DNA of 64,000 nt, from contig NC_068991.1 of the NCBI RefSeq assembly GCF_001194135.2, forward strand, positions 72,534,021-72,598,020. Reading direction: 5' to 3'. The position numbers and the translations under genes are program-made. The notes beneath the pieces are model-generated. The model worked only from the letters and a program-made list of their open reading frames with translations, was not told the DNA's origin and ran no database searches. Source of the DNA: Octopus bimaculoides (lineage: Eukaryota). Positions 27,466 to 39,240 of the stretch are shown piece by piece (position 1 is the first letter of the stretch; every line of letters starts with the position of its first letter).

Positions 27466-28619
27466 AGGGGTTCTATTATGCTCATTCATTCCTTTGTCTG
27501 TTTTTCCATACTAGTGTGAGTTAGACAAATATGTTACTGAGCCATTGTTTTATAGCTGGACGCTCTTCTTGTTTTTTAAGTAAGGGATCCCATTATTCCA
27601 CTCAACTTCAAATGCATGAAGCCTGCTGATGACTTATTCACAGAGGAAATGTAACCAACCGCATCATTCAAATGTTGTAACTTCCACATAAGTGAGTGGA
27701 GATGTAAACAAGCACACAAACGCACACATGTGTATGCATGCATATGTGTGCATACACATACATTTAAATGTATGTGTGTGTGTGTGTGTGTGTATATATA
27801 TGTGTGTGTATATGTTACATGTGTGTGTATATATACTTGTTGACTGTTTTACTCTTTTATGTATTTTAGCCTAAAGGCTGTGGCCATGCTGGGGCACACA
27901 CACACACACACACATCAAGCATTTTTCTTTGGATGAAAGGACAAAATATTTCTACCCCAAGTATCATTCGTATTTGCTTTGCGGATATTTGTATATATAT
28001 TATTGAACCTTGGGAGGGTCATTATGCTGGTAACAATAAACACACACACTGGTTAGGTCCTTTATTGTTATTGTTAGCTAACGGGTTAGTTACTCCGCTA
28101 ACAAATTTATCGACCAGCCATTTTTTACTAGATTTTCTAACTCGTATGTTAAACACTTTGGTCAAAGAGTCAATCGATAGTTCAAATGTCCATTATTGTT
28201 TGTGTTGTCATTTCTTTTTTTTTCTTTTGTCAAATAATTATTTCATTGCACTGTTGCTATCTCTTCAGTGACACACCTCTCGCCTTTCATTTCTTTTGTA
28301 TATATATATATATATATATATATATANNNNNNNNNNNNNNNNNNNNNNNNNNNNNNNNNNNNNNNNNNNNNNNNNNNNNNNNNNNNNNNNNNNNNNNNNN
28401 NNNNNNNNNNNNNNNNNNNNNNNNNNNNNNNNNNNNNNNNNNNNNNNNNNNNNNNNNNNNNNNNNNNNNNNNNNNNNNNNNNNNNNNNNNNNNNNNNNNN
28501 NNNNNNNNNNNNNNNNNNNNNNNNNNNNNNNNNNNNNNNNNNNNNNNNNNNNNNNNNNNNNNNNNNNNNNNNNNNNNNNNNNNNNNNTCTATTTCTATTC
28601 CCTCGTATATTTTGTTTAG

Positions 28620-28794
28620 ACTCCAGATATGAGTCATAGTGTTGTCTCAACTACAACGTTCCGAGCAGAATACAGGAGATCCAGCAGTGCTTCCATGTTT
28701 TCCCGTAATGTTCGATTTCAAGTGGATATCTCTCCCTCACCAGGTTATGAGAATAACGGAGAATCCTACTGCTTGACATTTACCCTGATTTCAG
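28620..28794 (+). CDS. BRSK2: BRSK/SAD kinase KA1 exon: TPDMSHSVVSTTTFRAEYRR...VRFQVDIS...YCLTFTLIS
   Basis: tttag acceptor, gtaatc donor; SHSV.S..FRAEY, V.FQVDI and TFTL.SG motifs; phase 0-1. Confidence 0.97.
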
Positions 28795-29460
28795 GTAATC
28801 TCAGGTGTTCTTCTTTTTTTGTATACTTTATTCTGTATATATTTTACACGTAATCAGGTTGGCCTTTTTCGTTGTTGGTCAATGGTATTGCAGAGACAGT
28901 GACCACCATCTCTGCTGTGCCTGGGCTACTTCCAGAAGCGAGTGCCTAGCCCCAAGCACATTTATCTTCCTTCCATTCATGAATATGCTCCCAAGGAAAG
29001 ACAAGTCAATACATTTGCAGCATCCATGGAGCTGCAGGGATGCCTGATATTGGTTAAGTATAACTGTATATATTTGCCTTAGGGTCCCACCCTCTGGATT
29101 TTCTGCTGTGGTTTACTCCCTTATGTAATCTATCATCATCATCATCATTATCATCATCACCGTTTAACATCTGTTTTCCATGCTGGTATGGGTTGGATTG
29201 TTTGACATGGAGCTGGCCAGTAGGGAGCTGTCCTGACTCCAACTGCCTGTTGTGGCATGGTTTCTATAATCAGTCATGTTGCTCAACACTGCTTGGATTT
29301 CTGTTAATTTTGAAAACAATGAATTTAGCAAAATAACTTTGTTTATTATAAACCATCTTAAAGAGATCTAAATTAAAAATTCTAGTTTAATAATGAGTCA
29401 TTTTACTATATTCATCATAAAATTTCATATTAATTTATGTTCCAAACACCAGTTTAATAA

Positions 29461-29667
29461 TCTTCTCTACTCTAGGCCCGAAATTTTGGGAGAGGGGACC
29501 AGGTGATTAGATTGACCCAGTGCACAACTGGTACTTAATTTATCAACCCCGAAAGGATGAAAGACAAAGTCGACCTTGGTGGAATTTGAACTCAGAAAGT
29601 AAAGACAGACGAAATACCGTTAAGCATTTCGCCCGGCGTGCTAACGTTTCTGCCAGCCCCCCGCCTT
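29461..29667 (-). mobile_element. tRNA-derived SINE, family B
   Basis: Matches 1006-1221. Confidence 0.85.
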
Positions 29668-30010
29668 ATAACATCAGTTTAATAATGAGAAAGTCGTTTT
29701 TACTAAATTCTTCATTGTTCCTGGATTAATGGAAACATGCACAGTGTATTTTATTAGAAATATGGTAACAAAAAGGTTAAGCTGGTGTTTGGATGGGCAG
29801 TTTTAATTTAGACCACTTTAAAATTTAGACCACTTTGTATCATAGAACCAGAGGTGGTCTCAAGTCAGTTGGTATCAAAAGGCTTAGTACAAAGTGTATG
29901 ACGAACGGTAGACTTTAAACTATGTCAGTATTGAGTAAAGGGAGATAATTAGTGTCAGTTCTGGAGCTATAAACAAATTGCTATATCACACACATACATA
30001 CACACACACA

Positions 30011-30093
<83 letters not shown>

Positions 30094-30195
30094 GCATACA
30101 TATGTGTGTGTGTGTGTGTGTATGCATATATGTATGTATGTATATATTTACACACACATATATATACATATATATATATATATTATATATATATG

Positions 30196-30257
<62 letters not shown>

Positions 30258-30423
30258 GCATGACTGTAGAAAGTATGCCAGAGCAGGCATTTGTGTATTA
30301 TGCCATGCTCCGACCCTAGATTCTGCCAACTGTCCAACCCATGCCAGCATGGAAGACAGACGTTAAAGGCTGATGATGACATACATATAATATTCATATA
30401 TGCATAATTCTGTCCATCTATAT

Positions 30424-30708
30424 CAGTGGTTCTCAACCATTTTTTGCCTGGGGACCCCTTGTGGTTCCTATTTTACTCAGGTGGACCTTAATAGCTATTC
30501 TATAACCCTGTTATATTTTTATTCTTTTATTCGTTTCAGTCATTTGACTGCGGCCATGCTGGAGCACCATTATTAGGAACCGTATAAAAAAATGTTAAAA
30601 TATTTTGCGTATTGCAGAACTAAAACCAATTCATTGCACAGGAATTTTAGGAACAAAATCTTATGTGTACCTCCAAGGGCCATAGGGTTCCCCAGTTGAG
30701 AACCCCTG
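30424..30708. mobile_element. hAT (Charlie-like) MITE with 8-bp target-site duplication
   Basis: Termini CAGTGGTTCTCAAC / GTTGAGAACCCCTG; identical ATCTATAT at 30416-30423 and 30709-30716. Confidence 0.9.
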
Positions 30709-30757
30709 ATCTATATGTTGCAATGTTTATTATTATTTACTTTTTGTTTTTTGTTAG

Positions 30758-30927
30758 GGCCAACTCGACGCTTTAAGAGAATCTGTGAATACATTCAAGC
30801 TCTATTACTGACTCCACGTGGAGAGAGAGAAATAACTCGAAGAATAAGCACTGACAGTTCTTCATCATATTCATCGGAAATGTCACCTACCCATAATGCC
30901 AGTCCCCGAGATACTACGGAAGATGAG
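30758..30927 (+). CDS. BRSK2: BRSK/SAD kinase exon: GPTRRFKRICEYIQALLL...SPRDTTEDE (end of KA1)
   Basis: gttag acceptor, gtaacg donor; GP.RRFKR..E.IQA.LL motif; phase 1-0. Confidence 0.95.
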
Positions 30928-31208
30928 GTAACGGTTGGTTGAATGAGTTTTCTCAGTTATCTTTTACGTCTTCTTTGTTTTCCGAAAATGTATCATCTCT
31001 GTTTTGCAAACGGGTTAAAAATTTAACTCATGAAATTTCATTGTTTATTATTTTCAACAATTCACATACTTTTAAATTTTTTTTTTTATTGAATTGATCA
31101 ATCAGTTGAGAAACATTGTCTTACTACGAAGAGAAGCTTAATATTTTCATTCTTTAATTTATGTTAAAATACCTGCAAAGTTTATGGGAACTCTAATTAT
31201 AGATTCCC

Positions 31209-31269
<61 letters not shown>

Positions 31270-31859
31270 TGTATATATATATACACGTTTCATTTGAACC
31301 ATTTACTTGTGTAACTTAATATAACCCTATGGAAATATAATTGATTTTAAATTTATAAAATGTTTATATAAAATGCTTTTCGCTTCCAAAATCACCTGAA
31401 AATATCAGACTTGAAGATTACCTTCTTCCATGCATTTGATTTTGCTCTTTTCTTATTAAACCATTAACACCAAGATTTGCTTGAAGCAAAGATGATTAAT
31501 TCTATGAGGTATTTAATAAATGAAAAATTCATTTTTAATCAAAGGTTTCAAAAATAACAAACGTACATATGTTTATCGTTTTAGTTTCATTATCGATAAT
31601 AGCAAAGTTTAATCTTTTTAAATGTGATACAAAATATCTTAGAAATTGGTCTCTTATATTTAAATATTCCAATGCATTATCAACATTCTAGTTCTTGGTA
31701 GTTATTGCTTATGAAAGTCACTTTTATAGGACTGATTCGATTTAACATTATTTCAAGCTAGCTTCTGGATTCTTCATCCTTGAAATCTCTGCTAATGACT
31801 GAAGTTCCAACTTGATAAGAATTATCTCTGACATTAAAAAGCATAAGGATTACTGTTAA

Positions 31860-32079
31860 TCCTTTAGCATTCAGATTACTCTGTCATATGTAATGCTTGT
31901 TTATTCACATTGTCTTGAATTAATCACCAAAAATCTCTAAGCTTCTAGATTTCAATGATGTGTTTGCTTATTTTTAGAATGACATTGTAGGGTAAGTGTA
32001 AGAAGCTAGATTTGGCTGATTTGAACATAAAACAGATAGAATATTTCAGCCTGTTATGGCTGGTTTAAATGCTAAAGGG
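31860..32079. mobile_element. piggyBac-type MITE (second family)
   Basis: TTAA flanks; termini (C)CCTTTAGCATT / AATGCTAAAGGG; opposite-orientation copy at 41378-41573. Confidence 0.75.
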
Positions 32080-33579
32080 TTAAATGTTCCTTGCTAAAGT
32101 GGCAGTTTATTACAAGCATGTAGAATTTTAGAGTAGCAAAGATAAGCTTTCCTATACACTTTAATTCTCAAATGTTATACTTTTCACAAACAAGCTCACC
32201 TTTGAGATTTTATTCTAACTCACTGGGTTTTCTTCCCCATTAGACTCTTGGATTATAATATTTAAACTTGGATGAAAAATGATATATGAAATTAAGACCT
32301 TGATAAAACACGTGGGTTTATATGATTCACAAGTAATTTCTTGATTTCAATTAGAATTCATTGTAGGTTTTTATTGTTAAGACATGTTTATATGGCCAAA
32401 GGTGCAATATGGGCAAATGGTTAAGAACTTTGCTTGACAACCACAAAGTCCCTGGTTCAGTCCTACTGAGTGGCATTTTGGGAAAATATTTTCTCTGTAG
32501 CCTTGGATCAACCCTTATCTTGTGAGTAAAATCAGGTGGTTGGAAATTGTATAGAAGCCTATTGAATGAATTGTGCCTGTAATTCAAAAGAACAGCTTTG
32601 TTAGATACTGTACCATGTTGATTCTGATTGAGAATTACATTAAAGGCACACATTCTGTGGAATACTCAGCCACTTATATTTTAAATCAGGAGCAAATGAT
32701 TCAGAGAATGCTTCTCCATCTTTCCTTTAACTTGAAAATATCCTCTTCCCAGAATTGAGGTGGTTTCATGGCAAATAAGTCGAAAGGTAAGCTATTATAA
32801 ATCGGCACGAACTTTCCGGACAACCCAATATTTATTTATTTATAATACATAAAAATAAATAAAAAGCATTGAGGTTGATTTATTCAACTAAAAATTCTTC
32901 AAGGTGGTGCCCCAGCATGGCCGTAGTCTAATGACTGAAACAAGCAAAAGATAAAAAAAGATTCTGTGATGTGTTTGTGAAGAGTAAAGGGTGGAACAGG
33001 ACCATCGATGAACAGTGTCGGGTCCAAAACAGAGATAATGTAGTCAGGAATGCAGGACATGTGGGAATAGACATGGCCAAGTGGTTAAGATGTACTCTTT
33101 ACACCCATGTGATTGTGGGTTCAGTCCTACTGCACAGCATTTTAGGCAAGAATGGAATTTGGTTGGTAGAAACTGTGCAGAAGTATTACGTAAGTACATG
33201 TGTGTGTGTGTGTATTTGCCTGTGTGTGAGAGTGTGAACAAACTTTATGCAGCAAAGGAAAGTAACTTCGTGCTGTTTTAATGCTACCCTAAATTATCTC
33301 CCCTTATGACAAAGTCGACTGGCCTCATGTTTCTCCCGAGATCGATAAAATATGTACTACACGAAGTACTGAAATCAATACAATTGATTGAAACTCTTAA
33401 AGGCAGTGTCCCAGCATGGCTACTCTCCAATAATTAAAGCTAATAAAAGATTAATAAAATAAAAGAAAAGAATAATAAGACCAACAAAAATGGAGCACTT
33501 CCACAACTATGGCTTGGTATATTTGCTATGGATAGGGAAAAATATACAAATAATAATGGCAGTAAAACAAATCCACGAA

Positions 33580-33928
33580 AGAACCTGGCACAAACCATCT
33601 GATCATTAAAACCAGTGAAAACAGCAACAAACTGTTGTGTTGTAACTTCCAGTATTTCGAAAGTACTCTGGGAAATTAGATTCTTATAAATCAATGTTGT
33701 TTGCTAAAACAGTGTTGTTTGTTATCATTGATATTATTTGAGTAATTATAATTATTTATTCAAATGAGATATCTAGAAGCAGTGTTCATGACCTTCGTAA
33801 GCCATCAGGCCATGGACACTGCGTATTTGAATAAAATAGATAATTATAATTACTCAAATAATATCAATGATAATAATTTGTTGCTGTTTTCATTGGTTTT
33901 AATGATCAGAGGGTTAGTGCCAGGTTCT
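33580..33928. repeat. Nested foldback (three stacked inverted-repeat segments)
   Basis: 33580-33630 pairs with 33877-33928; 33722-33765 with 33825-33873; 33779-33793 with 33808-33822. Confidence 0.85.
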
Positions 33929-33989
33929 GTCTTGGATTGAGATTGGTATGGTTGATGCCATTAATGTTCCATATGTATCGTTATGAGCC

Positions 33990-34440
33990 CAGTATCTGCA
34001 AGAAATACATTATTAGGGAGAGAATTCCAGAGAGCTAACATTATGAGAATGCAAGACAGGGTGTAGTGGTTAGTGCTGGGCCTAGGGTGTGTGGACACAA
34101 GAGGGATTGTGAAAGGAGGAGAGATGAGTAGGTCAGGAATACTTGAGTGGGTGTGGCATAAACCCAATCAACTCTAAGGAGCAGGGGCCATTAAAATAGA
34201 AATATAAAAGAAAGAGAGAGTAGACAGCATGTCCATGGGCTAGAGGCTGGAACATGCCTGGGCCTGGGAATGATTTTATGCTAATCAGTTAGGCAACCTG
34301 TTTTTGAGTGGATGTGGCATAAATTCAGCTAGCTACTGGTGTTTGATGGAACAGAGAATGTCAGTACAAGATCTGCATTTACCAGACCCATGTAATTCTG
34401 TTCTCTGTCAAAATGTCCTTTATTACTCTCAACTCATAAG
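33990..34440 (-). mobile_element. CR1/L2-like LINE 3' fragment
   Basis: Minus-strand translation has LWNSLPNNVF and a frameshifted LQPLAH..V.SLS.FY..FNGPCS.EL-like segment. Confidence 0.55.
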
Positions 34441-36829
34441 AATATAGTTTAAGATTGTCTCTTTGTTCTTTTAGTTGTTTCAGTCACTGGACCGTGACCA
34501 TGCTGGAGCACTGCCTGGAAGGGTTTAGTCTCTCAAGTCAACCCCAGCACTAGATTGTTTAAAGTTTGGTACTTATTCTCTTGGACTCCTTTGCTGAACT
34601 GCTAAGTTATAGGGATGTAAACAAACCAACACTGGTTGTCAAGCAGTGGGGAAGGGACACATGCTAGGATAGACACACACACACATGACAGGCTTCCACA
34701 CAGTTTCTGTCTATCAAATTCACTCAGAAAGTGTTGGTTAACCCAGGGTGAGTTTGAATCCAAAACCATGTAGCTTTAAAGCAAACCTCTTAACCACATG
34801 GCCACGCCTGCATCAATGTCCAGTTTTTGCTTTAGACGTAGGTTCTTCTTTTGGATTAGTGAAGCAAACAGGTTGTCTTTCATGAATGTTTCATGCTCCA
34901 AGAATTAAAGACAATTCTAAAAGGTGGAAGTATGTAGTGTTGATTTGATAGTGTAGAACTGGATAAAATAATAATGCTAATTCTAGCATAAAAATTACTT
35001 AAGAACACAAAAAAAATGTGACCTAGCATAATAAATCATTTTGGGATGTTTCCAGGTCATTTTTAATGATTGAATTTGATAGGAAAGGCTGCATATAGTT
35101 TGATGTGTTTTCTATGAGATTTCTATCCGTTGTGTTGTAACTTTCGGTATTTCCAAAGTATTTTGGGAAATTTGATTCTTATAAATCAATGTTGTTTTAT
35201 AGTAAATATTTTTGTAAAACTTTCTGTTTGAAATTATAAATATCCATACCACAGATAATCACCTTTAATCCTTACTGCACAAGGACCAGGTATACTAGAT
35301 TCCCTATATAACCCCTTGAAGCATGGGAATCGAGTTTGGTATGTTTTTGATAGTGCGGTGCTTTCCAGCATTCTCCACATTTCATATGATGTTGTATGGA
35401 CATTTTATTTTTACTGTCCAATAGAAAGAGGTTGTGAGAAGTGATTTGCATATGATTAGCATATTACATCACCAGCAAAAATGTAATCAGTGCAGTGAGG
35501 GTTAAATATCATAATAATTAATTTCAATTAACACCTTTAAAGTTAATGCCTCAACTTTGCTGCACTTTTTTTATCTTTCTCTGATTTAATTTAGAGAAAC
35601 CAATTGCAGAATAAAAAATTGTGGGCTTGTCAATTTAAAGAATTATTGAAAAAATGGCAGCTCTAAAATGTAGCGCCTTTACATTCGAAAGCAACTCTTA
35701 TTATGTTATTCAGTGCAACTTTTATAAGGATAAAACATACAATTCCATCTGATATTATTTGTTGAAAAGCCAACAGGAAACATACAATGCTTTTGATTTC
35801 AGTGAAATCAAGTCGTCCTCAAACCATTTCTGCCCTTGGTGCGTACCTGGATTTTAAATTTTTTACCAATCTTTTCCACCCTTCTTGGTCTTGGGCTTTT
35901 TTTCTTGGCCATGAACAGTCCAGTATAGAACTTAATATTGGTGTAGCTCCCACCTAGTGTTTTACTGTGTTTGTGGTAATTCTGTTGGCGTCCATCTCCT
36001 CTTAAGGTAATAAGTGTCTTTACAACCGTCTGAAGAAGCTCTTCTGTCTTTGTCAGGATTTTGTTATTTGATTCTGCCGGGTATCCACACCCACCCTCAT
36101 GGAGAGGCCCAATAGGGGACTGGTTTAGTCAATGACTCCTCGACCACGAGTGGCAGGTGGTACTTTACATTTGAAAATGTAGGAATTGAACAAAGTGTAA
36201 TTTTTATGAATCTGAATCTAACATTACAGTTTTCCATCGTGTATTACTTCGGTCATGCTGCCATTTAGGAGTTCTATAGATATACTGGAACATTTGAAAG
36301 AATTTATGTTTGGATACTTCTCTTTCCAGGATAATATCTATTCTATTAACTTTAGTATTTTGTGTTTAACTAACTTGACAATAACATGTTTATGCTTTAT
36401 AGATTCATTTATTTAACTATATATTCTGTATATTTATATAATAAGTGAGTATCTTGGCTCTTTACCAGAATTAAACATTACTCTCACATGAGAAAACTAA
36501 GTTGAAAAAAAATATATCTAAAAAAATATTGTATAACAGTCTATATTTGTGGATATTAATTGTAACAATAATATTGAAACATTTTTAATATATTATACTT
36601 CTCTGTGAACAATCAAAGATAAATATATATAAAAAAAGAAGATATATTAAGTTTTAAAAGTCCCCTAAAACACGAAGTAGTAGACATTATAAGTTTGGTA
36701 ATTTAAAACTTATAATAAAATGTTCTCTCCTTACATACAGAAAATATAACCAGAGAAAGTCCCCACGAAAAGGATTCATTCTCCGTGTGAACTATTTCTG
36801 TTGATGGAATAATTTGTTTTCTAATTCAG

Positions 36830-36889
36830 ATAATGAAAGTAGCTCGAAGCACTATCATGACTACTCCATCAACTTTACGACCTGGAGAG
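36830..36889 (+). CDS. BRSK2: BRSK C-terminal 60-bp exon, copy A: IMKVARSTIMTTPSTLRPGE
   Basis: ttcag acceptor, gtaagc donor; phase 0-0; 44/60 nt and 13/20 aa identical to copy B. Confidence 0.8.
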
Positions 36890-38258
36890 GTAAGCCAACT
36901 AAGTACTGTGCCTCACAATTACATATAACTCTCAGAATAATACAAAGCTCAGCTTAGCTTATTTTGTGACTTCACTGTAGCAAGTACCAGTAATTGCATA
37001 GGGGAAGCCTTCGGTATTATCATAATTGCATGTAAATATTGAAGCATGATCACATCTTTGTATATTGTGCTAATTTTGAGAGAGTGTCTTTAAGTTCTTA
37101 ATCTTTTTAATAAAATCTGTTTTTTAACATTAAGTGAATAATGTATTCAGGGTAATTTCTAATTAGGTTATTTAAGCAATCAACCGGGAAAAAATAACAA
37201 GGTTTTTTTTTTTTTTCAAATTTAAATATATGTTTAATTATCATAGATTAGTTATGTTGATTCATATCCTTCTTCTTTCAGAACTTTTATGCTAAAATAG
37301 TTTTAAAACAAAATTTTTAAATGCGGGGTTCAGTCTTACATTTACTAATTTGTATAAATAAATAAATATAAATATATATATATATATGTATGTATGTATA
37401 TACATGTGTATATATATATATATATATATATATNNNNNNNNNNNNNNNNNNNNNNNNNNNNNNNNNNNNNNNNNNATGTATGTATGTATATGTATATGTG
37501 TGTGTATATATATTTATATATATATATATATGCACCATCATCATAACGTATTGAAAACACAACTGTTCTAGCTTTAACTTTTTATTTCATTTAAGTTTTT
37601 CATATTTTTGTATGGGGTTTTTTGCAGTTTCTTTGAAACACTTAAGCTTCCAAATCCAAACTTTCACAGTCTCATCTTCAGGACGACACAGTGCTGCAGT
37701 CTCTTTACAAGTAAATAATACTTACATAATTAGTGTAGACATTACTGCCACAGTCTGAATTTTAGACTGTCATATTATACATCATCAAGTACATATTTTT
37801 GTTAGTGATTACAATATACTATCTATATTATTTATCTTAATATTATTCTGTTTCCATCATTAATCCTGTATTTTTTTTTTTTTTGTGAGGAATTCTATAC
37901 AAGGTAGACATATTGTTTACTAATGTTTTCCTATCTCATTTTGTTTTATATCATGAAGCATAATATACTGCACTTACTCCTTGTTGCAAGTGCATAGTGA
38001 ACTGACTAGAGACTATTGTATTTGTATGGCCAATATGACAGCTAGGGTTATGAAGTTCACAACTTTCATATTAGCAATCAAATCAATAAACCCATTGATC
38101 ATTAGTAGCTTCTTGCATTCTTGTTTATTATTGATAATTTTGTCTTTAATTTTAATGTCTTAGTAGTATATAATTAATGTCAGCTTATATTTGGATGTGG
38201 TGCATTTAGTGTTCTGTTTTATGAGGCTTTTCACAATGTGTTCATTTATTCTATTGAT

Positions 38259-38528
38259 ACATTATTTACATTATTTACATTTGATGGATATTTGTCCTCA
38301 TCTTGTTTGTTGTTAACACAACGTTTCAGCTGATATACCCTCCAGCCTTCATCAGGTGTCTTGGGGAAATCTCGAACCTGGGTTCTCATTCCTAAGGTAT
38401 TTTATGATGTTGTTGGGGTTAGTAGCCTGTGCTCTTAATCACTATGCCATATGCCCGTGGGCAATAGCATAGTGGTTAAGAGCGCGGGCTACTAACCGCA
38501 AGATTCCGAGTTCAATTCCAGGCTGTGA

Positions 38529-38569
<41 letters not shown>

Positions 38570-38672
38570 TCGAAAAATACCTTAGGAATGAGAACAACAA
38601 ACAAAATGAGGACAAATATCCATGAAATGTAAATAATGTAAATAATTCTTCATCACTTAAATATAGAACTGT
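38259..38672. mobile_element. tRNA-head/hammerhead-tail element, copy 3 (head-to-head inverted dimer)
   Basis: Inverted partial head 38415-38456 abuts forward head 38459-38531; left arm carries the hammerhead; right arm has the hammerhead region deleted. Confidence 0.85.
38315..38360 (-). ncRNA. Putative minimal type I hammerhead ribozyme
   Basis: Minus strand reads GACAC-CUGAUGA-A-GGCUG-GAGGGUAUAU-CAGCU-GAAA-CGUU-GUGUU: stem I, conserved core, stem II, GAAA, loopless palindromic stem III, GUU triplet. Confidence 0.7.
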
Positions 38673-39240
38673 ATTATTCTATTGCTTGTGTGCATTTGAT
38701 TCGTATGAATAGATTGTAGAGCCTTAATGCTTGTAGTTTCTGATTTATTTATTGCATTGTATTTATGATTGTATTATTTCTACGGCTGGGTCTATTAGTT
38801 TGTCAGAATACCTGCTGCCAATTAGTGTTTGCTTTATTCTGTAGATTCCTTTAGTGCTTCATTTGTCAAGGACAATCTGTTGAGGGATTTCACCTCTGGC
38901 ATTTGTATCTGTGTGGGCATTTACATTTTCATCCAAGTAAAGGTGTTTGGCATCACACAAGTCAACAGGCATGATTTGCACTTTATTTTTCTATATGAGT
39001 AGTTATGTCTAGAAATGGAGTCACTGTATTGCTAGCAGGGCATTTGTTCCTGAAATATAGAAAAGTTCCGTAGCTTTCCCTTTTTGTATTCTTAGAAACC
39101 CTCTTTCTTCATTACTTAATATTTATACCATTTTAAATGAATTTTCATATGGAGTTTCTTTCTTCATCACCTACGAAGAGAAAAGACCCTGTTTGTCAAC
39201 ATTTCAGGACTAGAAACAATAGAAATCATATGAAATAATA

